Of a stretch of 64,000 bases of DNA, positions 24,501-37,959 are shown one piece after another. Source of the DNA: Carcharhinus amblyrhynchos (Eukaryota); the NCBI GenBank assembly GCA_965287045.1, contig OZ336880.1:17236001-17300000 (forward strand), in the 5' to 3' direction. The notes beneath the pieces were generated by a model. It was not told where the DNA came from. It did no database searches and saw nothing but the letters and a program-made list of their open reading frames with translations. Both the position numbers and the translations under genes were made by a program. The number at the start of each line of letters is the position of its first letter. The first letter of the stretch is position 1.

Positions 24501-24632
24501 CCCTATTTCATCAAGGGTTGAGACCCGTCAGTTACCCTCACTTGGTTTAGCCGGCTTGTCAAGGCCATTGCCCGGGGTGTGGCCGCTGTCGCATGCAAAC
24601 AGCTACGGGGAGCCACAGGTGAGAGCTGAGTG
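21503..24632 (-). mobile_element. RTE-clade LINE, near full length with internal RT deletions
   Basis: APE endonuclease motifs (TIGTWNMRTL, DIAA.SETR, LGDFNARVG, HLIDYV, TDHRLIV), GKAP.AD.IPAE, KFGCPPKF, LRRIL.I.WQDKVP.TEVL, WAGHV.R; (TAA)n tail at ~21503-21515; ~740-bp 5' UTR. Confidence 0.92.
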
Positions 24633-25454
24633 ACATGAACCCAAGATCCAAGAACTCAAACCAAGATCAAAACCCTGCCTCAAACTGAGCAAAATTATAT
24701 TCCTCTCCTGGCCCAAACACTCCCAGTCCAAAAAATGAGAATTAAGGCCTTGTTTATGTTTTGTAGACCATATTTAATATATCAAAGGAGAAGATGCAAA
24801 GAAAGGTACTTCTTTTAAAAAGGGGAATTAATCTGCTGTATTGTAAAAATATCCAGCAGAAAGGAAGATCATTCAGTCCATCATGACTTTCTGCTGGCTT
24901 TTTGAAAGAGCTATCCAGTTGGTATCATTCCCTTGCTCTTTCCCAATAATCCTGAGCATGTTTCATGTTACAAGCTTTTAATCTTATTCCCTGTTGAAAG
25001 TTAATATCAAATCTGCTTCCTACCCCCTCTCAGGCAATGAATTTCAGATAGATCGATATGTCAAGATAAAACATGGGCTCCTCACCCCTCTGCATCTTTA
25101 GCCAAATTGTTGTCCACTGTTTGCCAACCTTCCAGCCCATGGTACCAATTTCTTCCCATGTACTCTCCCGAAAACCCCTATAGTTGTAATATGACTGATG
25201 AATGCAAAACACTCAATAAATATGAAAACATTTTTAAAGTGGTTAAATAAGCAAATCCTAACAGCATAATTAACAGAAATCAAAACAAAAAATGCTGGAA
25301 ATACTCAGCAGGCCAGGTAAAACCTGTGGAGGGAAAGAGCTTTAATGTTTCAGGTCAATGATAACTGATTGCTTACAGTAATTACATAAATAGTCCCTAG
25401 TCCCTGAGTTTATTCACAGTGCTTCTCTAATTATCAACACCTTCGTAACACTTT

Positions 25455-26085
25455 GGGGTAGCATTGTGGCACAGTGGTTAGAACTGCTACCTCACAGTGC
25501 CAGGGACCCAGATTCAATTCCAGTCTCAGGTGACTGTCTGTGTAGAGTTAGCACATTCTCCCCATTTCTGCATGGGTTTCCTCTGGATGTTCCGGTTTTC
25601 TCTCTCACTCCAAAGATGTGCAGGTTAGGTGGATTGGCCATGAAATATTGGGGCAGCACTCCATAATTCTGGAGAGAAAAGATTTGAATCTGTGTGCATG
25701 ATGATCTTCCTTGCCATGAGGTTTTTCGTAGCTGGCACTCACCCAAAACTGTTGTTATGTTTTGTCCATCTGAATTCAAGAGGAGAATTGAATTTATGGC
25801 TCCTATAATGGACAGCTGATCTACTTTGCCAAATGTGATTAAGAAAGTGAGGAGTGGGCAGCACACTCAGCTGTTGAGTCAGGAGGTTCAAATAACAGTG
25901 CCAGGGATCCAAAGTCCAAACATGTGCAGGTTAGGTTGATTGGCCATGCTAAATTGCCCTTTAGTGTCAGGAGGATTTGTAGGGTAAATATGTGGGAGTT
26001 ATGGGGTTACGGCCTGGATGGGATTGTTGTTGGTGCAGACTTGATGGGCTGAATGGCCTCCTTCCGCACTGGAGGGATTCTATGA
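25455..26085 (+). mobile_element. Two partial HE1 V-SINEs (25455-25642; 25895-26085)
   Basis: GTGGCACAGTGGTTAG, GGGTTTCCTC, AAAGATGTGCAGGTTAGG, GAATGGCCTCCTTC motifs. Confidence 0.8.
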
Positions 26086-26610
26086 AATCCCCCTCCAGGG
26101 GTCTGAGCACACAATATTTTAACATTGGCTCTATTCTCTCTCCACAGATGCTGTCAGACCTGCTGAGATTTTCCACCACTTTCTGGTTTCGGTTCAGGAC
26201 AGTCAATTATCTGGTCATTACCTCAGTGCTGTTTTTGGGGCTTGCTGTGATTCCTACATTAGAACAATGAATACACATCAGAAAAAGTGCTTCTTTTGGT
26301 GTAACATGTCCTGAGGTGGTGAATGCTAGCATGTAAATACCAATTCTTTCTTTTCTGCTGTATATTGAAAATCTGCAGTTCTGCCTTTCAGTTTCTCTTT
26401 CACATTGGCAATCCAATTGACTGAGGCTCCGCACCAGAAAAGAAATTACTCAGTGGCATTTATTGAAATGTGTTAGTGACATCTCGGCAGACCAGCAATA
26501 TTGCATCAAACTTTATTTTTGTTATAGTAATAGGTTGTCTAATATGGATATCTTTGCTCCATTCTGATTTCCAATTAGAATGTCAACTGTCCATAACACA
26601 CATGGACATA

Positions 26611-27553
26611 GAAATTTGCTGATGACACCAAGATTGGGGGAACGGCAAATTGTGCGGAGGGTGTGGAGAGTCTGCAGAAGGATCTAGATAGGCTGGGCGA
26701 ATGGGCCAGGAAATGGCAAATGGAATTTAATGTTGGCAAGTGTGAGGTGGTCCACTTTGGTAGGGAGAATGGTAGGAAGGACTATTACTTACAGGGCGAA
26801 AAACTGCAGCAGGCGACGGTGCAGAGGGACCTCGGGGTCCTTGTGCATGAGTCGCAAAAACCCAGCTTGCAGGTGCAGCAGGTGGTCAGGAAGGCGAATG
26901 GGATGCTGGCCTTCATAGCGAGGGGGATTGAATATAAAAGTAGGGAGGTCTTGCTGCAGCTGTATAGGGCATTGGTGAGGCCGCAGCTGGAGTACTGTGT
27001 GCAGTTTTGGGCACTGCACCTGCGCAAAGATATTTTGGCCTTGGAGGAGTGCAGAGGAGGTTTACTAGGCTGATACCGGAGTTGAGGGGGTTGAGCTATG
27101 AGGAGAGGCTGAATAAACTGGGCTTGTACTTGTTAGAGTTTAGAAGAATGAGGGGAGATCTCATTGAGACGTATAAGATGTTGAATGGGATGGATAGGAT
27201 AGAGGTGGAGAGACTCTTCCCGCTCAAAAAAGACAGTAGGACTAGGGGGCACAGCCTCAAGATAAAAGGGGGGCGGTTTAGAACGGAGTTGAGGAGGAAC
27301 TTCTTCACTCAAAGGGTGGTGAATCTCTGGAATTCTCTGCCCGTTGAAGTGGTGGAGGCTGCCTCGCTAAATATTTTTAAGACGCGGGTTGATGGGTTTT
27401 TGATAAGAGAGGGGATTAAGGGTTATGGGGAGAAAGCGGGAAAGTGGAACTGAGCAGCGACAGATCAGCCATGATCTTATTGAATGGCGGGGCAGGCTCG
27501 AAGGGCTAGATGGCCTACTCCTGCTCCTATTTCTTATGTTCTTATGTTCTTAT
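26611..27553 (+). mobile_element. Young 5'-truncated CR1 LINE with (TTCTTATG)n tail
   Basis: ORF2 C-terminus (KFADDTK...WQMEFNVGKC...LEYCVQFW...FFTQRVVNLWNSLP...GYGEKAGKWN*), one frameshift near 27048; nearly identical to 58217-59160. Confidence 0.95.
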
Positions 27554-30500
27554 TTAATGCTTCATCTGACTTCTTCCCATTTCTCGCTACCTGTTGGCCT
27601 TTTAAATTGGTCAGCAACTACCTCCCAAGTCTGTCCACACTGCATAGCATTCTCTTGAGCAAGTTTGAGTCCAGGCAGTGAAATCAGTGCAGATTGGGAG
27701 GGTTTGGGGGTGGGATGTGGGAGGTTGGAATGGAGGGGAGGGAAGATCACAGTCAAGACTGTGATGATGACCGAATTGAATTGGTTTTTCCAGGCGTAGC
27801 CGAGGAATCCCAGCCTACAAATACCGGCCAAGGTTCAATCAGTAATATTCTCGCATCTTCGGTTGTAAAGTTGTGATTCGTTCACATGTCCCACTCTCGA
27901 GACTACAATTTCACAACAGGTACAATCAATACCGAGTGAGCAAGGTGGCAGTGGGGCAGATGGCCAAAAACTTTGTCAAAGAGTTAGGCTTGAAGGAGCC
28001 TCTTAAAGATGGAGGTATCTAAACCCAGACAAAATACTTGGGCAAAAATAAAATTGCAGGGCAATGGAGAAAGGGCAGGAGAGCTGGATTAGCTGTTCCA
28101 AAGAGCGGGCACAAGCACAGTGGGCCAAATGGTCTCTGATTGGCTTGTGTGATTCCTCTAATTGTGATGCATTTATGTGACATGGTAAAGAACAGAGGGA
28201 TGTGATCAGAAATGAAGGAAGGCTAAAACCAAGTTGGAGTGGTTGCGTCAGAATGGTTTAACTGTGGCCAGGGTACAGCAGATGCATTCAAAACAAAATT
28301 GAAGGAACAGATTTCTGATTCCATAGGGAACAGCAAGTCGCAGGCAAAGAAGGGGTTGAAAATGATCTGAGCAAGTGAGTCGAAACCATTGGACAGGTTA
28401 GATGCGTAACCCGACAGTTGGAAAAAGGCCTAGCCTTAGGTTGTCATGCATACAAACAGCTGAAGCCAGAATATATGAGGGAACTGCACTACTAAGACTC
28501 TAATGGGGCAGCATCTGGCCTATTACCGTGTGTACATGTGCAAATGTTAATTTCCTATAAATGAATGCATGTCCACTTATTTTGATTGAATGCCTATATC
28601 AAGCCTTCATTGTAAGGAAGGAGGTCAGGAATGCATTACAATGTCTGGCATTAGACATTTACATTCTGCTTCCCACTAGATCGTGCACAGTCCGATATTC
28701 GACTGGAGGGGGAGGAAACTGGTGTGTGCAGTCCATGCTATACACCTTTTGTGCTAAACATCACCATCCTACATTTCAAAATCTCTGATGGGAAAGAATG
28801 AGATTGTTATATGTGGAGGAGAGTTGACCAGGATTGGGATGGGTTTTTGAGGGATGAATGTTCTCAGAATCAGAATTTCTTTTTATATCAGAAATGTACT
28901 CTTGCAAGATTATGATGTAAATATAGTACAAACATAGTATTATAAGGGAGGTTGCAGCTGGAGTTTTGAGTTGGTGAATCTATCCTTTCCAAGTTCTTTG
29001 CTTTTCCCATATTCCTAAATTTATAAATTCTAGTGTATTTTCACACACGCACTTTTTTTCCCTTTGGGGAATAGTGGAAAGATTCCCAGACTGATTATCA
29101 GCCTGCTGAACTTCATTATTGATACTCCCTCTGTATCAACAAGTCTTGGCGTTGGACATGAATCCAGAGCTTAAGGTCCAGAGGTAGGTTCGCCACCGCA
29201 AAACCTCCATCAAGAGTCTAATGCTTAGAATCGTGGAATCTTACAGCACAGAAGGCAGCCATTCGAGCCATTGTGTGTGCCAGCTCTTTAAAAAGCAAAA
29301 TAGCTAATTGGCTGCACTTCCCTGCTGTTTCCCAGTATTCCCTTGCTGGTAGACAAATGGTGTTTGTAAATCCTACTTTCTACCAATATAGTTCAAATGT
29401 ATATTTAAGAACGGACAGTGGTATCTTCTATCAGTGCTGTGTTAATGGGATGGGTTCTGTCTGTGTGGCTCTCTTGTATCTGTGTAGAGTGTATGCATGG
29501 TTTAAGGCCTGAGGTTGGGCCTGTTTCGTGTGTAGTCCTTCAGCCTCACAACTTCAAAATAATTCGGCTTGGAGGGAGGCTATGATCTGGGGAGACAAAA
29601 GTAAATAAGAAAAGAGTAACTGCTTTGCAATATATACAGATTGGATTGTCACCTAGAATGGTGAATGTTGGTTGGACTGTTCAGAGGCAAAATAGAGATT
29701 GCTGAAGTGATATTATGGGCCTAATTCAAATGTGTGAGGAAGTATTTATGATGGTTAAATATAATTCAAAATTAATATGAACATGTTCTGACTCTCATAC
29801 TGCATTTTTCTTATTTCCCACACAACCTTGTGGGTGGCAGTTGTTTTAGGGAGAACAAGTATATGTAAAATGCTTCAAAGCCCAGACGCTGGGGTTTTGG
29901 AGTGAAGGTTAATTGGACAATTAGCTCCATTGGGTTGGTTTGTGTGGCTATTAAGACTCTTATTCTTTGTACCTCATAAAACACCTGACTAGTTTGAAGA
30001 AAATATTCCCAATATCGATTGAGAGCAGCTGGGATATTTATTTCTGCTGTAACCAATTGTTCATAAATCTTGACTTTTTTCCCCGAGGCTGCTGTGAAGA
30101 TGAGATTTACGGCAGCGAGCTATCGGGAAGATTTCAGTAATTAAGGAATAAATATCCATGTAATGTTGTGCACTATCTCTTGCTGATTGTTCACGGGCCT
30201 ATGTCTCCAGCTGCCTGTGCTTCCCCCTAGCAACCTTGCTTGGGAGGGAAGGCATGCATGTGAGAAGTCAGTCAACTGCTAAGAACTTCCTGCGCCTTAT
30301 TCAGAGGCCTGCTCCTGCAGAGAGGAAGGGACCCTCTGTTTTCTTCGTATATTGTTTCTAGCTCCTCTTCCATGCTTCCAGAACAGTTCTCACTTTGCCC
30401 AGGGCAGGAAGGCACTTGGGAAATTCCTTGCTGCTAGCCTTTTCTTCCTTCCAGTAGGAATTGTATGGCTGTGTGCCATCCTGTTCTCTGGGTCACCAGG

Positions 30501-31099
30501 TAATTCATTCTGTGCTCTGGTGTTCTGCAAAGAGTGCTTAACACCTTGCATGCGGAGTGTTAGCACAATGTCTTATTTACATTCTGTGTGTGGAAAATGC
30601 TAGAAGAGGGCAGTGCGGCGATTACAGGAGGATCAAAATGGGCAGGGAAATCATTCTCGCCTTTTCGACGATTATGTTTCAAATTGTTGTCTGAGGAATT
30701 AATGCCATTTATTCAACTCAGTGTGGAAACATAATTGGAACTGAGTTGGGCTGTGCTGAGCTGAGGAAGTGCAAACATTTGTGTGGATTGATTCATGCAG
30801 GTAATGTTGAACAAGGACCGCAACCTGTCGGATCTTGGATTGGGCAGAGAATTCTGGAAAATGACTTTTTTTTAAAGTAACATTTATTGTATGTCATTAT
30901 ATTGGAACATTCTTAATGTCCTCTGCGTTTCCATCGAAAAGGCAGCTCTCAGGCCTGGTCCCACTCCTCGGCACATTCCATCAGTTGTCAACTTTTGAAC
31001 ATCCATTTTCAGTTTTTAATTCACAGATTGGCGGGGAGTGAGGGCAAGTGAAATATTCAAGAACGGGAGACGGAGCAGGAAAGAGCCACAAGGCTGATC

Positions 31100-31740
31100 C
31101 CTCATGCCAGCATAAGACAGAGTCTAGAAACAGCAGTAGGCCATTCAGCCTCTCAAATGTGTTCTGCCATTCAATTAGATCATGGCTGATCTGTATCCAA
31201 ACTCTGTTTACCCACCTTGGTTCCCTATCCCTAACCACCTGGTATCCAACAAAAATCCAACCAATCTCAGCTTTGGAATTTTTAGTTGACCCTGAACTCC
31301 AACAGCTTTTGGCAGGGGAGAGATGAGAATTCCATAACCCCTTGTGTGAACAAGTGCTCCCTGAGTGGCCCAGCTCTCATTTTAAGGATTTCATTCCCCC
31401 TGCTCCTCCCCCACCCCCTGATCTGGACTTTCTACCCTATGTCCCTCAGTCATCTTAAAAATTTCCTACACTTGGAGGAATAGAAGTCCAGTCCATGGAA
31501 CCCACCCTCACGATTTAATCCTCTAGCCTCCAAGGTTAGTTTATTCTTCCTAAGATGCAGTGCCCAGAATGAGTACAGTATTCGTGTGGTATATATGTAA
31601 ATGTAATGTAATTCCAGTCCTCTGGACAGTAACGTCAGCATCCCATCAATTGTAGTAGCTTTCAATGATTCCTGTCTTTGGAACCTGAGATCTTTCCTAT
31701 TTGGGGTTCCCAACTTCTCTGAATCATGAGGGGGTCCATT
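31100..31740 (-). mobile_element. Old CR1 3' remnant
   Basis: AGTAGGCCATTCAGCC...AGATCATGGCTGATCTG tail and degenerate YSFWALHLRK translation. Confidence 0.7.
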
Positions 31741-31761
31741 GGTCATTGACTCAAAAGGTAG

Positions 31762-32398
31762 GAGGTAGAAATTCACCCAAAATCCTGCCGGCGGCCCAGA
31801 AGCACTTTAATGCTAAAAGCAGCGCCTGTTGTTTTAAGATGAGACATCTATCTTTTTCCTGGGAGGAAGTCCCACCTTAAAGAACTGCCAGCCAGTAAAA
31901 TTGACTGGAAACAGAACCTATTGCTGAAGTGACCAGATTGATAAATTCAGAGTTGGGGGTCACAACAGGGGAAGGGAGTTGAGACATGGGTGGATGAGCA
32001 GGGAGAGTGAGGAGCCAGGTTCAAGAGGGCAGGGGAAGGGGACTGGTAAAGGGGATGTGGGGCAGAGTATCTCCTGTACGCCAAGGCTGCTCCCTAAATG
32101 AGGTTTCCTTCCCCACTTCCTCCCACCCAGCCCAACAGCTAAAGTAGCCAGGCTTCTTGCAAGGCGTGAACTTTCCCTGCTGTGAGTATAATACTGCCAG
32201 GGGAGGGATGAGTCCCTCATTAGCTATTAAATGGCCATTTGAGGGCCTGAACAGCCCCAAGGGCAAGAGGCAACTTGATGACTCCCCAGAAAAATTTCAG
32301 TCAGATCAGGAGTGGGTGGAGGCAGAAAGGCTGCCCGCTGGGTTTCATGCGTCGCCTGACTTCAAATCCACCAGCAGGGGCAGGGTAAAATTCAGTCT
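31762..32398. mobile_element. Possible non-autonomous DNA element/MITE with degenerate terminal inverted repeats
   Basis: Left GGTAGAAATTCACCC and right GGGTAAAATTCAGTC are partially complementary; interior is GC-richer than the flanks. Confidence 0.35.
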
Positions 32399-32914
32399 AA
32401 TGGTTTTTCAGCCTGGAATGGGAGCATTCAAGAACTGGTTTAAGATGGTTGAAGGAATGGAAAGTATAAATCAGGAAGTTTAAGTTGAATGGTGAGAGAA
32501 GGCCAAAGGCGCAGGGGTTACAAATTATTAAGAGGGCTGTGTTAGAAAATTAGTCTTTTTGAAAAGAGTATTCAAAGCACATTCACAAGTAAACATCTTA
32601 TCAACCGCCCAATAATATTTTCTGCTACAACCTCAGTCCCTTTTGAGTTAATGCACGCCCCATTCCAGTGGGACAGCTCATCCGATCCCAGTACATGTAC
32701 GAGTGTCCCAGGCAGAGGCCAAGACCCAGCAATAGTTACTTTAAAAACAAGAATAATTAGATATTAAAATAGCAAGTGCATGGGATCTTTCTGAGTTGTT
32801 GTACTAGCCTGGGCCAAATGGCTTTCCTCACCCACAACTATGCTGTGTTAGCTCTTTGGAAACTGGTGTTCAGCTATGGTACTTATCTAGGTTGCTCTGT
32901 AGGTACCTTAGCTC

Positions 32915-33625
32915 ATTGCTGAACCAACAACTTTGCATTGGCTCAGGCATGTTTGCCAAATGGATGACAACCATTTACAAAAGATGATGAATTGGCCACC
33001 AGATCATGACCTCTCAACTGCCTATAACAATGCCACAAGGTCACCTGCAAGTGACATACGATGGACATGGCACGGGCAACTGGGTGGCTATGACCAGTGG
33101 AGGCCGATTGTTTGGCAGAGGTGAGCGTAAACAAGAGAAAACAGGAGCCAGCGAATCATAGAAACATAGAATCCTACAGTGTAGAAGGACGTTGTTCAAC
33201 CTATCGAGTCTGCACTGACCACAACCCCACCCAGCCCCTATCCCCCTGGCCCCATGTATTTACACTGCTGGTCTCCCTGACACTAAGTGGCAATTTAGCA
33301 TGGCCAATCAACCTACCCCACACATCTTTGGACTGTGGGAGGAAACTGGAGCACCCGGAGGAAACCTATGCAGACATGGGGAGAATGTGCAAACTCCACG
33401 CAGACAGTGACCCAAGCCAGGAATCGAACCTGGGTCCCTGACACTGTGAGGCAGCAGTGCTAACCACTGTGCCACCATGCTAATCTTCTTGTGCATCTTC
33501 TCGCGTTATTGTCTTCCTCTGCAACAAATACGACAGAAGCTGTCAGGCCAGAGTGGGGCTCCTGAGCCATAGCAGGCGATGTTGGACACGGAGTTGACCA
33601 ACACCATGCAAACTATCCTCATCTG
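32915..33625 (+). mobile_element. Old RTE 3' remnant interrupted by a minus-strand HE1 V-SINE (33157-33480)
   Basis: LHWLRHVCQMDD resembles the RTE LRW.GHV.RM.D motif; the SINE has a complete head, V domain and tail. Confidence 0.65.
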
Positions 33626-33865
33626 AGACAAAGTCCACATATCAAAATGAATTACAAAGAGGAAAAAAATTGGCACAAAAGAGAAATTATTTTATTTCGC
33701 AGGCTCTTTCTAACACAAAGGAACAACTTTTAATAGTTAGGCTAAAACTTCACAGGACATTCTGGGCCCATTTCGGCCTCACCTCTAATTCTGGAAGTGG
33801 ATTTCACAACCGCACAGCTTGTGTAAAAAAAACAAGAGTTCCCTTGATCACAGTCTCTTACGTAG

Positions 33866-34170
33866 AATCATAGAACAGTACAGCATAGTACAGGCCCTTC
33901 AGCCCTCGATGTTGTGCCAAGCTATGTCCAAACCCAAGATCAAGCTATCCCACTCCCTGTCATTCTGGTGTACTCCATGTGCCTATCCAATAACCACTTG
34001 AAAGTTCCTAAAGTGTCTGACTGCACTATCACAGCAGGCAGTGCATTCCACATCCCAACCACTCTCTGACTAAAAAATCTACCTTGGACATCCCCCCTCT
34101 ATCTCCCACCATGAACTTTATAGTTATGCCCCCTAGTAACAGCTACATCCACCCGAGGAAATAGTCTCTG
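33866..34170 (-). mobile_element. CR1 3' fragment
   Basis: ATAGAACAGTACAGCA..ACAGGCCCTTC.GCCC tail; GGCAGTGCATTCCACA...ACTCTCTG (RV..WNALP in reverse). Confidence 0.75.
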
Positions 34171-35674
34171 CAAATGTATCTATAGAAACTCATTCCCTTA
34201 ACCACAAGAATCAATCTGCTATTAATCCTGTCCCCCTCCTTCCGCAGTTGGAATTAAAGCCTCTAATTTTCCTTTTTTTCTGTTTGTATTTTTTCATACC
34301 ATACATTGTCCAAGTGTGTGTGTGTGTGTGTTGCATCCTCTCAGTGTGGAACACAGCACCGTCCACACCAACAGATCTTATTAAGATTTAATATAGTCTG
34401 ATCATTACTTTCTATTTTATGTTAGGACCTACATTATTGGCTGCTCATGATGCAGGCAAAAACTGAGAATTAAAAGCTCTACCCTGTATATTTTAGAGCT
34501 TGAGCCTGTAGAATGTGCAGCAATGTGGGATGCAGGAAGAACTAATTCACCACAATGTTAGAATATTCACCGTTATTCAAATGCTTTTTATTTTTGGCAC
34601 TCATGGCTTTTTCTCCTTCCAGTGTTTTGAAGTTCTAAGCCTATTGGTGTTCATGTTAGCTATCTGCGTTGTCCCCTCAGCACACTTTGCCTCTTGCATC
34701 ATGACTTATCAAGTTTTTTTTCTCCCAACTGAAATGTTTTTCTGATCCGGTGTCCAAATCCCGTTTGGGAATATTTTCAGTCCAATATCCCTTATGATAA
34801 TCCCTCGATGTGCCCCAATTATTTTCAGGAGGTGGCATGAGTGATTGGTATATATGGCATTGCATGACGTGCTTATTACATTATTCTATTATGTTCCATA
34901 GCTGTATCAGTACAATTAAGGAAAACAGGTTGAGAATTAAACAGATCACATAATTAGTTCTGGCAGGAAGCAACTGAACGTTTTGAATATATACTAATAT
35001 CGGAAAGGATGGCTGCAAAAAAGGTAATACAGAACTGAACTAATTTGTCTTAAATTAATTCCTATCATTAAGATCCTTCTAATTAGTCACTTCCTATAAA
35101 CCCTTTTCTTTGGCCAAAAGTTTACAGTCTGTTGGTCTAGACATCAGGGCCAAAACATGTTTTATGCAGTTTGAGGTAAGTTTCCATGTGGAGATGGAGG
35201 GAAGAAGGTATTAAGAAATATTCTTTAAAGAGTCGTTGTATTCATTATAACCTCCAATAATGTGGGAATATAGGAAGATTAATGGATTATTATCTCCTGT
35301 GTTCTTTTGGGATTTGTTTGAGGCCCTTCTATTATGTACTGAGCTGTCACTTTAGTCGGTTTCTGTTCAAGCATATCTTGCTTTATTCATTTTACAGTTT
35401 AACAAAATGGTATTTATTCAGGAAATGTGTACAGGAGATTCCAGCTAAATTGCAAAACTCACTATGGAATAGTTATCACTTATATGAGGACTAATCTAGG
35501 CACACCATCCAGCAGAGCCAAGCATGGCCAGTGACTTTGCTGGTTACTTAGTTCACTATTGTTATTCTGTCAGAATGTGTGAGAGTGGTATCAGCCTAAA
35601 TCCCTCCATGTAAAGCCACTGCACCTCCCCACCTACACCATCGCTCACCCTCAGCGTTGGATTGGCACTAAAGA

Positions 35675-36100
35675 AAGATTTGCATTATAGAGAGCTTTTC
35701 ACAACTTCAAGATGTCTCAAAGTGTATTGCAGCCAGTTACGTACTCAATAAAGCGTAGTCAATGTAGCAACCAATCTGACATGGCAAGATGAGACAAACA
35801 GTAATGTGATAACGACTAGTTAGTATGTTTTTAAAATTATTTTTCGTTGAGGGATAAATATTGGGCAGGGCATTGAGGAAAACTCACTTCCTCTTTTTGG
35901 AATAGTGTGAACCATATCCATGTGAGATGACAAGCAGATTTAACATCTGTCTAAAAGATAGCAACTCCGACTGTGCGTTACTCGCTCAATACTGAGAGTG
36001 TCAAGCTAGGTTTCTGTGTTCAAGTGCCTGCAGTGGGATTTGAACCCACAACTTTCTGACTCAGAAGCAAGAATGCTCTCACTGAGCCATAGCTGCCACT
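35675..36100 (-). mobile_element. Deu-domain SINE
   Basis: GATTTGCATT tail, GAGGGATAAATATTGG, GGGATTTGAACCCACAAC..TCTGACTCAGA head. Confidence 0.75.
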
Positions 36101-36524
36101 TTTCCTGATCCTTTCCTTCTTTAAGGAGCTGTCGTTTCCAGCTCAGGAATGATTTGGTAAAGAGGAATGGTAACCAGCAGCAAAGCATGGGCTCCTATCC
36201 AGATCAAGTTTGCTGCTGTGCCAACGTCTTCTCTCGAATCTGCACTCAGTAAAGCGCCACAAAAAATGTGATGCAAAACTGAAGTGTTGTTTGTAACCTT
36301 ACATTTTTGAACACTAATGGAAAGAAATGTATGATTAAAAATGTCAATTTTGGTAGAATCAACCGATATTCAACTGCCTTTCCACAGCTTTCTAAACTAA
36401 TTCTGCTGACTGCTTTTTGCCACAAGGCTCTGTGAAGACCACTGTAGATTTCTTCTATTGGCTGCAAGCTAGAGTAAATTCACGAGCTGCTTTTCCTTTA
36501 CAAAGTTCAGTCATAGTGCATTCT

Positions 36525-36583
36525 ATGCGGTGAACAATGAATTTAATATTTTCAATGCGGTGAACAATGAATTTAATATTTTC
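36525..36583. repeat. Perfect tandem duplication, 30-bp period
   Basis: ATGCGGTGAACAATGAATTTAATATTTTC occurs at 36525 and 36555. Confidence 0.95.
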
Positions 36584-37959
36584 CCTGCTTGAAATACAGG
36601 CTTAACTGACACTCTAAATCCGGTGAGATGTATTCTTCACTAGGGCAAAGTTACAGCTACCTCTGCCTGTTACCAGATACACCCAGAAAATAAAACAAAA
36701 GAGACTTCTAACTAAGGCTGCACACTGAATCACGATCTCCAAGGCAGCATGAGACACAGCCTCTTCTCAGATAAACTACCTTTTCATTCCAAAGTTTTCC
36801 TTGATTCTAAGAAACCATATGAATAATTTCCATCTCTAATTGAGTTTTACAACCCTCTTTCCCAGTAATACTAGCTCTGACCTCTTAAAATCAATATACC
36901 TTTTAAGTGTAATAGACTCCAAGTTTGTTTGAAGTATATTAACTTCAGGGCTGTTTATCAGTCAAATTCCACCCCCCCCCATCTACAGTTAGATTTCCAA
37001 TTCCTAAAACTAAATATTATATTCTTAAACTTATGAATTACAAACTAAATATTCACAACAAAGGTTAGAGAAATGTATCTTTCAAGAATCACGCTGACTG
37101 CTCATATACCCTTTGGACACTTGGCTGTAACATCTGGGTTCTACATGTTCCGGCCTCAGCAGAATTCTGAACTGTTGGAGTGAGTGAATGCCCCCATCCT
37201 GGATAATTGGCAACCTGAAAACAACTAACTTCTATAAGTGGGTAGATGAAAGCAGTGTGGGTAACCTGCCATATTTGATTCTGCTTGGGTCATTGTCTTC
37301 ATTTGCTGCACTCACCAGCAATCTGCCTGATATTGAGAACGTGACAGCGATTGCAGCTAAGAATCTGAGTCCTGCAACTAGGGAGGACATTGAGATAGCT
37401 AAGATCTTTTCTTATATATTATCCTAAACCGTTGTTTAGTCGAGCAGGTGATGGGTCAAGCTAAGACTGTATTTCTTGGAAGAAAACCTTTTGCACTCTG
37501 GTAGAACCAGGGAATTGTCAGTCACCAATACCGGTTTAAAATGCCCATCCATCCTAGGCTTTGAACTGTACAACACTCTTAACTGAGTGGTTTATGGGAT
37601 AAATAGGACTGGGTTTGTCAACCAGGGGTGTGATTCCATACCTGTCACCCGTGTTTGCAAAGCAAATTGGAAACAGAGTCTGGATTGACTTACTGTTCCC
37701 AGACCATACATAGAAAGCTTTGAAAATAAAACCATCATCCATTAGTGTGAAGCCAGTTCAGCCCCATATTTTCTTTCTCTCATTTGTTCAACATACCTTG
37801 TTTGTGTCGGGTTTTTTTTTTATCTCTTTATCCCATTGTCTCATCCAGCCTCGATTACTAACAGATTGCAGGAGGAGATGATGGTGTATGACAGAAGAAA
37901 AAGAGCTTAATCTTTGGGCCTTGCTTTTTTCACCCTCCCCATCCCTCCCCCCTCCCCAA

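Noticed and set aside
24630-24649. 20-bp match to Penelope sequence (8826-8845) at the RTE 5' junction
   Set aside because: Too short to distinguish a template switch from insertion beside a tiny Penelope remnant.
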